Origin: the human T2T-CHM13v2.0 reference genome, Homo sapiens
Strand: one strand, 5' to 3'
Length of the DNA: 64,000 nt
NCBI RefSeq assembly: GCF_009914755.1
Contig: NC_060929.1
A program made the translations under genes and the position numbers. Below the pieces are notes generated by a model. It searched no databases, was not told the origin of the DNA, and was given only the letters and a program-made list of their open reading frames with translations. This document shows, in pieces, positions 26,859 to 41,500 of this stretch (position 1 is the first letter of the stretch; each line of letters starts with the position of its first letter).

Positions 26859-29378
26859 GTAAGAGCTATTGCAACATTTGTATGATGAACATTATTGATT
26901 TTTTTTTAGCAATTTTGGCCTCAATGCATAATCTTTCCTGCAGTGGAAATTCACATTTCCTTAGGTTTCCTTATTCAGGGATAGCTCAAAACATCTGAAT
27001 CATAGTGTTGACTTGATTATGGTTGTTTAGCTGATAGATTGGAATTGCAGGCAGGCAAACTGAGCTGAATTTAAAGACATCCAGCCAATAAAAGGAATAT
27101 TATCGTATGTATTTTTCTTGGGGACAAACTAAGCACTGACCTTACTGTGGCTCATGTACGAAGGAGTACTGAATTCAATATTAGCTGTTTTTATTTTCTC
27201 CTCCTAAGCACTTGAGACTCAATGGACTTATTTTTCATAGTCAATCATATCTGGAGAATGAGTTGATATAGTTGTTAGAATACATTTGCTTTGGCACATG
27301 CTAAGTAGAAGATATTGTGAATCTGCTCACCAGGAAATTTTCCTACTAAAGAAGGATTGACTTTTTCTGAATGAAAGAAAGCCCTATGTTCATGATGGCT
27401 TGAATCTCATGATCCCTGTAATTTGCATTTTACGGCCAACCTGAGGGTGTATTTTAGGTGGTTAATGGGAGCATTTCTTGGTCCATCAATAAGAAACAGA
27501 TTGCATGCTAAGCACACTCAGCTTTGGAATGTCGATTTCCTCTACTTAAACTCGTACAGTGGTTTGGCTTTGATAAAAGTGTTCAGTGCCAAACTTCCAT
27601 TCCACCAGACAAACTGAAAATGCATTAGACACTCAGGCACATTGGTCTGGTCCCACATTCTGCTTCATGGTGTTAATCTGGATGTCACTGCGATGAATGC
27701 AAATCCAAAAGGAGCATGTATTGAATTGCTGTTCCAAGTGGATGGATGATGGCTACATTTTTAGGTGTTGGTTTTTTTCTTTTTTTATTGCATAGGGTAA
27801 ATCTGTTTGTTTTAGATTTTGAATATAAAGATAGACCAAGCAAGATCCTCTTCTTAAAGTAAAAACATTAGAAAGATGGCATTTGTTGAAGAAAACAAAA
27901 GCCTGAGACAGTTGAGACATTCCAATATGTTAAACATGATTCTGGCTTCTGTTAGTTCCAAGTACAAGAAGCAATTCAAAAAATCGTTTTTTCAATGTGC
28001 ATTTACTGTCTTCCAGGCACTGTTCTGGGCATTGGAGATAGAAATATGAACAAAACAAAGTCTCTGATCCTGGTGACTTAGCATAACTCTTGGCAGAGAA
28101 TAAAATTTAGTTCTTTACAGACTATCAAATGCATCCTGGCACATTGTTTCATTTGGTTGGCATAGCATTTCTATGCATTCAGTGGGCTAGAAATTAAGGC
28201 TCAGAGAAAAAAAGTGATGTGTTTAATGTCACACAGCTAGTAAATCGTACAATGGGAAAAGTGAACCTAAATGGCTTAACTCTACAGCCCAAGTTTCTCT
28301 GAATATCTTCACACTTCTAAAGTAACTCTCAAAGATAAACACTTTATTTATATGTTTATCTGATGCATTGAGTGGCAACAGATTTTTGGAAGGGACTTTG
28401 GTGCCATTGACCTTTTCTCTTTCTTTTCAAAAGAATATTGAAAGTAAAAAGTGTTAATTAATTTTATTTCTGGTGCCACCTGACTTTCAGGTACTTTTTA
28501 TTGTATTTTCAAGCAAGTTTGATTTTCATGCACATTTTTTTGCTGAGAAACATCGATCTCAGTCTGTTTACGCAGTGCAGCTGTGCTCCTGTGATTTATT
28601 GCCAGGATACTGAAAGATTTTTTTCCTCTTTTCAGGTTGCCTAAGAACAAATGTTTTCTTCATTAACAGCAGCTTTGTTGTCTAAACAATTTTCTATCCA
28701 AAGTTTGGTGATGACCGTGTCAGTGTTCCTTCAGCTGACGTTTTCTGTTCTCTGACTAGTAACTTCCCAAGTCACAGTTACTCCGAAATAGGGGACACAT
28801 TTTGGTGCAATAATTACAGATACAAAATCTAGAAAGGGCTATTGGAACAGTAGAGAGGCAGTTCTGGCTGCACAAACTGCCCTTGCCAAAGTCAGTGATA
28901 CAGCTTGCCTAGTGAGAAGTGTGGAGGATGGGCACTTTCTTAGGACTTGACAGCTATATGTCAGAGAGGTTGAAAACATTACCTGTACAGCATCAAAAGA
29001 ATAAATTTTTGGTGAATTTGTTTGTGATAGTTTCACCTTCTATGTTCATGAACAGGAGCTGTGCACACTACAAATCTGGGTTTGTATTGTAACCCATTGA
29101 AACAACCTATTTTTTTGTAACCTCTTTAAAACCTATAGGAGTTTTAAAGCATAAGATGTCTTTCCATGCATTGAATGATTTTTAAGAAAATGTCATCCAC
29201 AAAGGTTGCCTTTTAATAAATAAAAAGAGTTTCACATAATTTTTAGGTAAGGTTGAAAAAACAAATAGACTATTTCTATGAATAGTATCTCCTATCAGAA
29301 TAGCATCCTGGGAGATGCAGCTTGACAAATGATCCTTCATTACATATTTGTTGAATTCATGAATAATAAAATTTAAGT

Positions 29379-29682
<304 letters not shown>

Positions 29683-29989
29683 GTGAATCAATGTGGATAG
29701 TTGGCTTTGTTTTTTTTTTTTTTACACAAAAACCACTCTAAGTGGTTTTTGCAGATATATTTATAGTCATTGGGAAGCTATGATTTAGATAGTACAAATA
29801 AATGCATTTTCCCAGTTTGGTTTTAACAGAAACCCCGCCTCTATTTTTTGGACCTGTGTTCTGATTGGAATGTATGCATCTGCTAACTGAGACAGGCACT
29901 GTTAGTAGTGAAGTGGTCACATATCTAAATTTTGTGATCATCTGGGTTTTCTTGTTTAGGAGGAAAAATACTTAATGATAAACTATTTA

Positions 29990-30425
<436 letters not shown>

Positions 30426-32115
30426 TCATGTATCTTAAATTAATGTCCATGGTTAAGGAAAGTTATGCCATTATAAATCACATTATTTACTTTGGCAGTA
30501 AGAATGTTCTAAAAGTTTTTTTGATTCTCCTCCTCTGTAAACTAACCCCCTCATATAGGAAGAGCTGTGTTCTTCCTAGCCCTCTCACCTTACCTCTAAA
30601 TTCTTACAAATGAACTTCCCCAAAGCAGAAATACTACATCCAAGTAGCCAAAATTTGCTTCATTTTGAGGCACTGAGTGCTACTTTTATACCAAACCATC
30701 TAGCTGTGTCTTGAGTCCTTTCCTATGAGACTTGGTGATCTCCAAACAACACTTTAATAAACGCAAAGCTTCCAGTGCACATTACTCAAAAGAATTAGTC
30801 AGCTGGCTGCAACTAAACAACAGGCCTGATAGACTAAACTGAAATAAATACTGCTCTCAGATAAGCTGCATCTGTTGTGTGAGTATGGTTTTAATCACTG
30901 AAGCCAGGAAAGAAATGAAATCTTTCAGAATTCATACTTTCCCACAGTTATAGAAAGAGGAGTAACAGGAATAAGAGTCAAGAGACAATCTGAGTTTCAA
31001 TTTGGCCACCAAAACTAACGTATAAAGCAAACATTTATTTAATTTAGTAGGGTTGTGTTTTCTTCTATTAATCAGCAAATTTGGGTGGGGGGAGATACTT
31101 ACTAGGTCATCTGGAAGGTTTTGTTGGTGCCTGAAATTCTATAAACTGCAGTTTTGTTAGTTTTTACATGTAACTACTTCAATATAATTGTGGGGTGTAT
31201 TTTGTGAAAGTCAACCCCACCTGTGGATGAGCAATTCTGTGGGAAGATTGCCAATGAAGAATACAGTGCTATGAACAATGCCACTTTCTTGTGGAATTAT
31301 GTAAAAATTGGCAACCTAGAAAGTGTAGCTGATACTGCCAGTGTAAAATTTAGATATATTTGAAAAATATTATTGTCCCACTGGAATATCAGTTATAGTG
31401 TGCTTATTGTGAAACACACACACAGACACACACACACACATATGTATATGACCTGGTGGAATGGGGGGGTGAGTTAAATAATTTAATTTATTTCATTTTT
31501 AATAAACTTAAAATCTTGATGCATTTTCATTGGGCATTACCTATCTTACCCTTCTTTTTAGGAAGAAGGCATACAGTTCTAGCTGTATCCCAAAACGTAC
31601 CTATTCATAAAGGATTTTTTTCTCTTTGTCAGTTTTACATGACAAGAGCCTGTGACTTCTCAGATATCTCTTTGGGAAATGGGAGAGGACTACTTCCAGA
31701 ACCTTTGAAGTTGTTATGCAAATAGGGCATTCATAATTCTATTAGCCGGAACTCTTATCTATCACTTGAATGAGTCTCTTAGAAAAGTTGTGTTGGTAAG
31801 GAATTAGCCCCAGTTGCTTCACAAGTAAGTCAGCCAGTGCTATAGCAGCCCAAGAGATTTTGGCTGGCCCCTCTTCCAGTTTTCTCTGGCTTTAATCAAG
31901 GAAGTTGCTGTTAGATGCTGCCTTTGCAATCCAAAGATATATAGCCATCCACTTGGCACGAATCAGTTGGGCTCACTTCATAATAATTTCTTTGTCATCG
32001 TGACCAAATTTTATGAATCAGTTACTTCAGGGACATTGCACAGATACTGGCTTGGGTATCCTACTAACACTTGGTTGGGGGTGCCAAGTTTGAATGACGT
32101 ATGTGCGTTTAATAA

Positions 32116-32349
<234 letters not shown>

Positions 32350-32951
32350 TAGTTTTGTCTGTGTGCAAGTGAAAAGAAGTAGCTTTTTCAATCATAATAC
32401 AACTTATCAAATCCCTCATCTGTGAATTACTTAAAATCATCTCACCTATGTTAAGTCCCCCATTTGGGGAAACATTCAACTATAATATAGGTAGGCATTG
32501 GTTTGTCTGCCAGCAGTAATAGTTGAAACACTTGCTGTAGGTTGAATCATAAGCAGTTGCTATTTGATCATTTTTAAATATACAAAAACAGCTATTTCTT
32601 ATGGCTCAATAGAATTCTTACTATGGTTACACTTTCATAGTCTCTATTTTGAATATTTATATGCCTGTCTAAAATTACAGTTGTTTTCAGTTATTTTTGT
32701 CCTGCTAATTAAAATTGAATTGTTAATAATAGCACCCTAATCTTACCTTTTGGGCATATTGATTCTCATTCAAGTTTCTAAATATTTTAAATTGTGGAAA
32801 GTGAGCTACATCCTAAGAACTTGAATAGGTGGAGATTGAAAGCTAATGAAACTTAATATCAGAGCTGTTTAATAACTCCTTCAACTGCAGCAAAAAGGAG
32901 GGCAACTAGTTTTCATGTAGCAATATGCAGAAATTTGTTGCTCATAAAGCA

Positions 32952-33076
32952 TTTTCTTAAGAGGTAGTGTCTTGCCATGCTGTCCAGGCTTGACTTGAAC
33001 TACTGGCCTCAAGTAATCCTCCCACCTCTGCTTCCCAAAGTGCTGGGATCATAGGCGTGAGCCACCATTCCCAGCC
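32952..33076 (-). mobile_element. FLAM / left Alu monomer
   Basis: GGCCTCAAGTAATCCTCCCACCTC...CCCAAAGTGCTGGGAT; degenerate TSD TCATAAAGCATT/TCATGAAGCGTT. Confidence 0.8.
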
Positions 33077-33729
33077 TCATGAAGCGTTGTTTGATGTTCT
33101 ATTAAATATTTTCTCGTGATGCCTACTATCGTTTAGAAGTTTGTTAATTTGTAATCTGGATAGAGGTTCATTTAACTTTACTGCGTGATATCCTTGCCAG
33201 TGACTCACCTCATGGTAAAAGTAAATATTTTTGAGGATAAATCTGTAGAACTGTCTAATCTAGGTGTTCACTAATTAAAATGTTTTGAAAAAAAGGAACA
33301 AGTGGCTTCCAAAATGAGGGTAGCGTGGATAAGATCTGGCACATTTTATTGGGTCACTGAATTTTTGCCAATGGCATCGCTTAAAAACAACAACAACAAA
33401 AAAATAGAAAATTTCTATCATAAAAAAAAGAAAATTTCTATCATGAGTGAGGGTGGGAAAAAATTTAATTATAGTAAATTGCTAGGGGAATTATTGTCTA
33501 TGTCTTGATATTTTAATGCTTCACAGGGTTTGCACATTAACCTTTTCATTTAAAGCACATTGGGCAGAAGAACAAAAGGTAGACTAGGAGAGATTTTTAT
33601 GAGCAACTAAATAAAAATCCAGCCAGTAAAGAGGATGCATGATTCATGCTGAAAATAATTTTCTTTGATATATTTTCATCCATATATGGAAAAGTAGTAC
33701 AAATATCTGTGTGGTTTCCTATCCCTTAG

Positions 33730-33812
33730 GTGTGGGCCATGATTATCAGTGGATAGGCCTCAATGACAAGATGTTTGAGCATGACTTCCGTTGGACTGAT
33801 GGCAGCACACTG
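33730..33812 (+). CDS. VCAN: Versican exon 12 (C-type lectin, part 2)
   Basis: CCTTAG|GTGTGGGC to CTG|GTAAGA; [27 protein letters not shown] with WIGL motif; 83 bp. Confidence 0.96.
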
Positions 33813-34889
33813 GTAAGATGCCCTTGAAAATGATGTCAAGTTCTACCTTCTGGAAATTTGGTACTGTGCACTGATTGTGCATTACAGAGGGTGCATTAGA
33901 CTGGAGGCAAGTTAAATGACTTGCTCAAGGTCACTCAGTGAAACAGAGAAGGGTTAGAAGAGTTCCAAGCTACCTGATCCAACATCCAGTCCTCTCTTCA
34001 ATAGTTGTGGTTCTCTTCAAAAGAGGAGTGTACCAGATTTCTATCAAACCAGAAAACCAGACAATTAGTAGAATTGCCTTGGGTCTGTCTTTCAGATGGT
34101 TATCTTTGCTTTTTCTAGCTTCAGAGCAAAAAGAGAAGAATAAAATGTAGCAGAAAAAGTCATTTTAAAAAAATACCTTTCCGTCTTAAATAATTCACTG
34201 GAAATCCGCTATAAGGCATGACTCATTTCCAAGCAAAAATATCCATTTATTTTTATCTTAAAGAAGACTGTTGATATGATCTTGTGAATTTCTGCCAACT
34301 AATTACATATTTCAACTTGTTTTCTATTTTTTGAAGAAAGAAGTGACTTGGAAATGCTGGCCACAACTTTGAGTAGACTGTAATAGGTTCTTAGAACAGG
34401 TGAAGCTGTTTTGAGTCACTCTTACTAAACTCAAATAAATCTAATTTTTATAAAGAGTTCAAATATGATTGTCTATACTAGTGGTACTCAGTGCTGGCTG
34501 TTCATTAGAATCACCTGGAATATGTAATTAAAAACTGGTGCTTAGGCCTTATCCCAGGTCCATTACAGCAAAACCTCTAGCCGCTGTATTTTCTCAGTGT
34601 TCCACAGGTAATTCTTAAACGCAAAGTTGGGATCCACTGGGCTAGATAGTAAGTGTAAATTAAATTCTAAATTAGAAACAAAGTGTAAAATATTGAAGAT
34701 AATTTTAAAGGCCTTTTTGTGTTTTTATTACTTAGGTATTCAGTTTCATTCATTATCTGCCACTTGTTTGGATTCAATGAGTTTGGCAAAATATAAAATT
34801 CATTCAAAAACAGATGTCAAAGTAATCTCTGCTTTTGGAAGTTCTGCTCTGTCTTAAGAGAAGCTGCTCCATCATGGACACACTACTCA

Positions 34890-35105
34890 CTTTATCTATG
34901 TGCCAGCCACTGTATTAAGCACTTGCTTATGTTTATTCCCCACAATAACTTTTAAGAGAGGCAATGGGTTTTCCTTCACCTGTTTTACAGGTAAAGAAAG
35001 GGAAGGTCAGTTAGGTTGAGCTATTTGCCTGGAATCACAAAGCTGTTAACTGATGAAGCCAGAATTTGAACTTAGGCTTGTCTCCAAAGCCACAGTTTCT
35101 TCTGA
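34890..35105 (-). mobile_element. MIR SINE
   Basis: TATGTGCCAGCCACTGTATTAAGCACTT...TTTTACAG...GAATTTGAACTTAGG. Confidence 0.65.
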
Positions 35106-38100
35106 CCGGTACCTCCTCGGCTTTAAAAAGAGTGTATCCCTTGTTACATTTTCGCTTTGAGCAACCCAAAATAAGACCTGAGTTTCTCTCTCTGTCACCA
35201 CTGTTTATGTTTAATCAGCACTGTTTCACTGTTTGTCATTCAAGTTCTTAAGTAGGTTATTTGGCAAGATGTGAGAAAAATAGGGAAAAATAGGTTGTTC
35301 TTAAAATATGTTCCCAGTAAGCAATAGGAAACACAACCTTAGAATCAATAGGCTCATCTTCTTCTATTAATAATTGTCCTGGCTGGATGTATTGGATCTG
35401 TATCTGCAATTGTTGCCTCTTTATGTTTTCATTTTGCTGTACTTAGGGGGATAATACTGGCCTATTAGATTAATAGCGATTGGTATAGCATGAATCTTTA
35501 TATTACATTAATTTTAATTGAAGATAATTTTGATCCTATTAATTTAATTTCTAAGTGAACATATGATTCAGAGATTGTTTCTATATATTATAAGCTGTTT
35601 TTATAATTTTATTAATGTATATCATACAGTGAATGCATTTAATGAGTTTTCCTTGTTAAATGTGTACTTCATTCTCATGGAATACATTGGGTTTTAGGGT
35701 GCCCACTATTAAGTCTACCTCCCACGAATTTCCCTTATTTATAGCCCAGTGAAAAGTGCAGGGTTTTGTGAGCCCCCATCATGTATACAGAAGCTGGCAT
35801 GCCCAGGACTCAGCTGGCCATTTCTATCTAGTTACTGCTTATTTGTGCCTGGCAGATGCAGCCCATGACTTATCCCAAAGTGTACCTGTTGTCTGGGTTC
35901 CTGTAGATTCCAGCCCTGAGCCTAGAATAGCTGCATTTGGCCAGGTGGAGTGTACGAAAAATCTTTTTTTCCTACACACTTACCTGACTGAACCAAGTCC
36001 CATCTATTTCTAATCTGTCATTGGTTACATAGATTTGATGTGTGTGTTTTTATTCTTAGCATGTATGTGTGTTACTAGATGTTTATTCTGGTCTCTCCCT
36101 TAGCAGTTCACCTCTTCAAAGAAGTAATTCTTTCCCCTGCTTTTTATTTCTCGTGGTGTCTGAAATAAAGTGTTATCCTTTATTCCTGTGTGCTTGGTTA
36201 AAGAGACTTCATATTGGCCTATATCTGGCAGCTATGTGGATTCTGTAGAGTATCTTAGGAAAATTATCTTCCCTGCCAAGTGCCATACAGGTGAGCTTGA
36301 TTCATCATATGTCATTATTCCCCTATGCCAAAGCAAGGCAACTCAACTAGTTTTTGTCTGTGTCCATTAATTTTTAATGTAGGTACACAAATACTCTGAA
36401 AAACATAACAGTGACTATTTCCATAGTCTAGAAAGGTCCTAAACGTGGTAAATTAGTGAGCATCGCACCTTGTCAAAAAAGAAATATTGATTTCCCTCTG
36501 AAATTTTGCTCTGAAACTTCCAGAGGAAGATAACATAAGCTAACATAGATAACTGTACAACATAAACAAGAACCCTACTCTTAATTAGTTGGCACTTTCA
36601 CTTGAAACGTAAGGATTATGGAGAATGCACTGAGGGCCTCAGTTTGAAGAAGACACATGATGAAATGTATTAACAAGCAAAGTTTATCAAAGAAATGACA
36701 CAAGTAAATCCAGAAAAAACTCTGACAGACCCTCGGTTTCTTCTTAATTCACTCTCTGTGTAAAATAAAAGTGTGCTAAGGAATGTCCCTTAACTTTGAA
36801 AATACTGGAACAGAACAGACCATCTGTCTTAGAGCCGGTCTCCCTCGCATTCAACTGATCTCCTGCCCACTTTCTTGCTTTTGTAACCACCCTTTCCTCT
36901 ATCCTTTTCCTCTCTGAAACAGCCTAGGTGTCCCTTAAACTCGTTTGTAGTTTTTTCTACAGTCACCATCCCCTTAACGGGTTCCATATGTGTGCAGGCC
37001 TTTGAATAAAATCCTTCTGCTTTGTTTCGCTGTTTACTCCAAGGTTTTTGCTTTTGAAAATATCCCTAACAGTAAAGTCTTGGTCAGGGGGATCAGTATC
37101 TGCTTATACTTGGAATGGTGTTAACTTGACTGTGTGCAGTTTTAAGGACTTTGTTTATGTTTTGGAGTGATTTCTCTCCTCTTCCACACCCTCTCTATCT
37201 CCATTTTTTTCTTTGAAAGATTTATTAGAGCTTCTCCGTCTTGGGTGGTAGAACAGTATTAAAACAAAAAGAACCTTTCATATTTACCTTAAAGTGTCTT
37301 TTGATATTTAGCCTTACAATCCAGTAAGAAGAAACAAGTTTATATTAGGTCTCAATTTCAATGATCCATTTTACTCAAATAATTAAACTTTGCTTTCAAT
37401 AAACTTACAGTATAAATGTATCATATTTAATGTTATGCTATACAGCTAGACTAATTCAACTAGTATACTAAATTAATGATGTTATTTGGCTAAGTTATCT
37501 AAATTGCCCTTATTCTTGAGATTCTGATGGATTCATTCCACATTACTGGCCTCTATAATAGGATGTTGTTATCATTGATGAAATGCCAAATTCTCATTTC
37601 TGTTATATTTTTAAAATCTATTACTTTTTTTATTTGGGGTGTTTGCCCAATAAATTTCACAAAAGTGAATTCATGAATAAAATTGTGCCTAGCCTTACCC
37701 TTGTGATTTATATTAAGATTATTTCTTTTAATACATTTCAGTTTTTACTTTGTCACTTGGCTTTCTCCTAACCTAGTTATTCTTTAACTTGACTATTGTT
37801 AACTTGACGATTGTTCTCTATAGCAAAATGTGCCTACTGCTTTATTGGAAACCCTAACAAATAACTTCACTAATGAATTGCTTTGCTTGTCACCCAAGTA
37901 ATATCTTCAAAGACACTCAGTTAAACCATCCAAGTTAAATATACATTAAAGCTGGCAAACTTAAACAAACTTTTCTTATCTAGCTTATATACTGTTAGCT
38001 GACTTTAAAGTTCTTTCTTAAACCAACTGTTAAATGAATGACTAGTCAGAGTGTTTTCTTTCAGATCTGTTTTCCAGTGCTAATGACCTTTCCCTTCCCT

Positions 38101-38109
38101 GGCTATGAA

Positions 38110-38592
38110 CTCTTGTCGCTCCCTTAAAATTCTTCAGTGTCTGCTCATTGCCTTCAGTATAAAATGTTAATTATTAGTATGGCAGACAAAACCAATCCAC
38201 TCCGTCTGCCACTTCCTGAGCTATAGCATCTCAAAATACTCTCAGCTCCTGGAATAAGCCATGGGTTCTCACTCCTGGGCGGCTTTGCCTGTACTGGCCC
38301 TAGTGTTTAGCATATTCTCACGTCTTATCCTCATTTCATCTCACAAACAGTCAAATACCCTGCATAGCCAAGGGTCTCCTTCCAGGAAGCCTTCCTTGCT
38401 GGGAATGACTAAGAGCTCCTCTTCTGTGCTCCCACATCTTTTTTGTCCTCCACCCATCCTAACTCAGGCTCCTGTGAAATCAACTTCCTGACACTGAGTC
38501 TTCTGAGATAGGAATTAACTTTCGTCTCTGTTTTTTCAGCAACTAGCAGAGTAGTTGACATAGAACAGGTATTTAATAAATATTTGAATGAA
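38110..38592 (+). mobile_element. LINE-2 3' fragment
   Basis: TCTCCTTCCAGGAAGCCTTCCTTG and terminal ACATAGAACAGGTATTTAATAAATATTTGAATGAA. Confidence 0.6.
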
Positions 38593-41500
38593 CAAATGAT
38601 CATCAGTATACACACATTGCTCAGCCAACTCTATCTTTTGAATCCTGAAATGAACACATTATGTCTTTCAGCTGAATCTCTTTGTGACATTTTTTGCCTA
38701 AATTAAAGATTTTATTTAAAGTTGTACCAGTATGAAAAACATCAAAACATAATAGATGGGTTTTACGGTGAAAAGACCAAAAAAAAAAAAAGATATTCCT
38801 TAAAAATAGAAGTATATAGTTGAACATACTGCATCTTATAAATGTATCAACCCAAAGGAAAACAAGTGTTTTTACTAGAAATGATGACAATTTTGTCCAT
38901 GGTTGTCCTAGAAACACCTTTGCAATAAACTTTGGGAATTAAAAATGGAAAGTAAACTTTCAACCTCTGCCACCCCTGCAGGTTTGAGTTATATCAGGGC
39001 AGGTTTTCCATGAAACTTTAAGAAACCAACAATTACTCAAAACTTTGGAGGAGGATTTTTTTTTCCAGATAGGCACATATTCCGTAGGTATACTTTCTGA
39101 AGAAAAATGAGTTTTAGAAACCTTATTATTTATATCCAAAATGGAGTGAAACAAACAAAAGGAAATATCACTCCCAAATATTATCAGCTCATTTTACTTT
39201 TTATAGATGCTTTGGCTAAGGGTGATTTGGTTGCATAAGGTGGGATAGGGCTTCATTTGTAAATCCACTATCTGAGGCTGTTTATTCAAGTGCAGAGGAA
39301 GCCAGACAGGCAGGGAACGTTATGGAATCATTTATATTTATCTGTCAGTATACCTCCTGGCAAAATGATTTTCACAACACTGTTTTCAACTAAAGACTAT
39401 AGTGTCTATGGGACAGCCCAATTAAGGAGCTATCAGAAACTCTTACATGCTTTCATCATACTGTTCTGTCTGACAAACCTCTCCAACAAGTGGTTTAAAA
39501 TCAAATTGTGGAGCTCAGAGATTTAAAGCTGTCATATTGCTTCCTTCTCTCTTGGACCCTCTGGAGTAAGATTCTCACGAGGCGATTCTCTGGGCTCCAC
39601 ATTGTTCCTTTCTTCAATGATTCCCCCCAGCACCATCAAAGCTGACCCTTCCCCACTGGACACTGGTGTCTTCAGTGGATCAGACGCATTTACTTCAAAG
39701 GGAACCATCACTTTAGATGGCCATGTATAGAGGCCGAGGACTGAATAAAACTGACATTGCCATTCCATTTTTAAAATATTGGGGAGTTTTTGGAATATTT
39801 AGTTTGTTCTGCAGAAAAAGCCCTGACTTTATTCCTAAACATTTTAAAAAACATTTTCTGCATCTCCTTCACTTTTTTTACTTCTGTCATCTCTACATTG
39901 TCAGGACTCAAATGTCACACCCCGTGAGGCTGCTGGCTTCCCTGCTTCCTGGGAAATTATCACAGCTTCCTTCTTCTCACTTTCCATTCTACAGTTGGGA
40001 GAAAACAGAGAGACTTTCTCTCTTCTACATTTGTCCAAATCTGGTCAGGAAGTTCTAGAACAAGTTACTAAATCACAGATTCATAAATATCTTATTTTCT
40101 AGCTCTAACCAACTCATCTTGCTATGATAGTTGTGATATAAACTAAAAAAAAAACTAATTGATAGGACAATTAGTACAATTAATTGTACAATTAACCTTC
40201 ATTACTTAAATTCTTCTTAAAAATATTTCTGGAAGATAACTCAATTTTGCATTTTGTTTTTCATTTTGGTAAGCATAGTTCAGCTTTGGCAACTTAATAC
40301 CTACAATTTCCAACACCCACTTGTCCCCCTTCACCAGTTGATTCGAGTTGATGCACAAGAATGTCCAGATGTGTGGATTTGACTTTAAATCCAGAGGCTC
40401 CTTCTTCTTCTTTCATAAATAAACACATCAGTCTGTCAAGCAAAGTATTGTGAGAAAAGCCAGCTTTGAAAAAGGTAGAAACAATAAAGAAATAGCCCTT
40501 ACCCAGGAAGAGACACTTAAAAGGGGCAGAAAAAATGGAGTAACAAATCACGGACCATAAACCATTATTGTTTTTCTGCAGCAATGTATCATTATTACCC
40601 TTTCATAAACACAAAGGTTCTTATTCCCCTTCCTCTCCCAGATGTCTTGGACATTGAAAAGAGAATACGGAGTATTCATTAATTCCAGTGCTTTCTAAGC
40701 TTGTTGTAGATTTCTGCTCATTTGAAAGGATTTCACATGATTTGACAGAAAAACAATGCAAAACACAATCCCCACAACAAAAATTTAAGTTTTCCTTTTC
40801 CTACCTGAAGATCTTAGAAGACTTCCTATACAACATTTGCAGATGGATGTATGTCAGCTGTGATGTGGCATTAGCTCTAAGTCAAATACCATTTCTCTGT
40901 GAACAAGTCACACTGCATATCAACATTAATTTAATTATGTTAAACTTCACAGGCTTTATTGTATTAATGCAAAAGCCAAGGAAAACATGCTCTTTTCTCA
41001 TTCTTTAACACATTACTCATGAGTGGAAGAATTCTCAGATTCCCTTCTGTGAAAGACTACTGAGTTCTTAATGAAAATTTTGACTTGTGTTGTAGTTTAA
41101 TTTGATTTGGAATCAAGAACTGATTCTTCTGATTCTAAATGTGAGATATTATGAGTCATAGAGTAGTTCTAGAACGCAACTCTGCTCTCTGCCTTGTCTT
41201 TCAGTTCAGATAGCTAGTGGTGGGTTGAACAGCTGGAAGAACCATATTTACTCACTACTGGAAAATCATTTTATAATTGACAAGATTATTATAAAGAATA
41301 AGAAAAGGAGATTTAGTGCAGTAGCATCTCACAGATGCTTTTCCAACAGTCTTCTGTGCAACTTTAAAATCTCATGCAGATATTTAAATCTAATTGCTAA
41401 TTAGTTTAAGGCAATGCATAACCATGGAAAAGGCCAAAAAAAAAAAAATATATTGAATGAGCTTTGGCAGTCTCTCCTTACATTTGGATCGTCAGCCCTT

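Noticed and set aside
37785-37815. 15-bp tandem duplication (similar short ones at 25721-25752 and 44113-44128)
   Set aside because: Ordinary slippage products with no functional hint
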